64,000 bases of DNA. It comes from Blepharisma stoltei ATCC 30299 (taxonomy: Eukaryota; Protista; Ciliophora). The notes under the pieces are model-generated. The model was given only the letters and a program-made list of their open reading frames with translations. It made no database searches and was not told where the DNA came from. The DNA is taken from contig CBFDEM010000036.1 in NCBI GenBank assembly GCA_965603825.1, positions 1-64,000 of the forward strand, given 5' to 3'. Each line of letters opens with the position of its first letter. The stretch's first letter is position 1. This document shows positions 63,415 through 64,000 of the stretch, one piece after another. Both the position numbers and the translations under genes were made by a program.

Positions 63415-64000
63415 ATGGCAACAGGCGGATTTGCTCTCCCTAACTATAATGAATCCTCAGCTCAGCAGAGAAAAATGCTTCTAAAAGCTACCCAAACTTT
63501 TGGCGAAATTCTCAATTTTTCTCCAACCCTCACAAATGGCACTATAGTAATCGCTGACTATGGGTCGTCTGAGGTCTACAACTCTATGGTCTTTCTTAGC
63601 AGAACTCTTCAGAATTTCAGAAAAATTTCGTCCCAGCCCATTCTTGTCTTCCACAATGACCTGCCTGACAATAATTGGGTAGCTGCAAATAAAATCCTAT
63701 TGGAGTCTGAAGAGTCCTATATAAAAATCCCTGACGTTTATTTTTCAGCTATAGGCAGATCTTTTTATGATCAAATTTTACCTAATAATTCTGTCCACAT
63801 TGGGTTTTCCTCAGCAGCTATCCATTGGTTATCCCAGCCTTTAAGTGCTCCAGACCATATTCTCCCATCCTCTTCTAATGATCCTACCTTTAAAGCCATA
63901 GCTTCAGAGCTTGCCCATAGAGACTTACTTACTTTTCTTTCCCACAGACATAAAGAACTAGTAAATAATGGCCGTTTACTCTTACAATTCGCTGACTCTA
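63415..64000 (+). CDS. SABATH carboxyl methyltransferase, runs off the window end
   Basis: MATGGFALPNYNESSAQQ, IADYGSSEVYNS, HNDLPDNNW(TGG), GRSFYDQILP, SSAAIHWLS. Confidence 0.9.
   Translation, partial: MATGGFALPNYNESSAQQRKMLLKATQTFGEILNFSPTLTNGTIVIADYGSSEVYNSMVFLSRTLQNFRKISSQPILVFHNDLPDNNWVAANKILLESEESYIKIPDVYFSAIGRSFYDQILPNNSVHIGFSSAAIHWLSQPLSAPDHILPSSSNDPTFKAIASELAHRDLLTFLSHRHKELVNNGRLLLQFADS

Noticed and set aside
2975-64000. tRNA, rRNA, transposase or reverse-transcriptase genes
   Set aside because: None recognised by eye; a tRNAscan/Infernal/HMM run would be needed to exclude them

Overview
This is the left end of an AT-rich ciliate macronuclear chromosome, most likely Blepharisma (inferred, not database-checked). 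Three things support that: a ~2.97 kb (CCCTAACA)n telomere, 15/16-nt GT-AG introns with an A six bases from the 3' end, and UGA read as Trp while UAA/UAG remain stops. The supplied ORF track uses the wrong genetic code, so most of its ORFs are fragments. Re-read with UGA=Trp, the window has four zones. (1) Subtelomere, 3-10.6 kb: an HtrA/PDZ remnant, a frameshifted Kelch+TPR gene with a decayed paralog, and a 121-aa orphan ORF. (2) A single 11.2 kb ORF encoding a 3738-aa polycystin-1/REJ-like receptor with six LamG+Cys-rich modules. (3) A compact block, 22-42 kb: GT91 beta-mannosyltransferase-like/EGF protein, DHHC palmitoyltransferase, Gos1 SNARE, GST-zeta, acetyl-CoA transporter, two GH1 glucosidases (one disabled), Exo84, cathepsin L, PTC7-like PP2C with a pseudogene copy, a kinase and a TauE transporter. 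(4) A duplication-rich accessory zone, 43-64 kb: five cyclin-Y-like copies, a truncated MATE, an atypical kinase-like gene, a PILS/auxin-carrier-family transporter with five tiny introns, four SABATH-type carboxyl methyltransferase copies and PhoD. The best candidates for something undescribed are the PILS+SABATH neighbourhood and the channel-less polycystin-1-like receptor. All family calls come from motif recognition by eye and need HMM confirmation.
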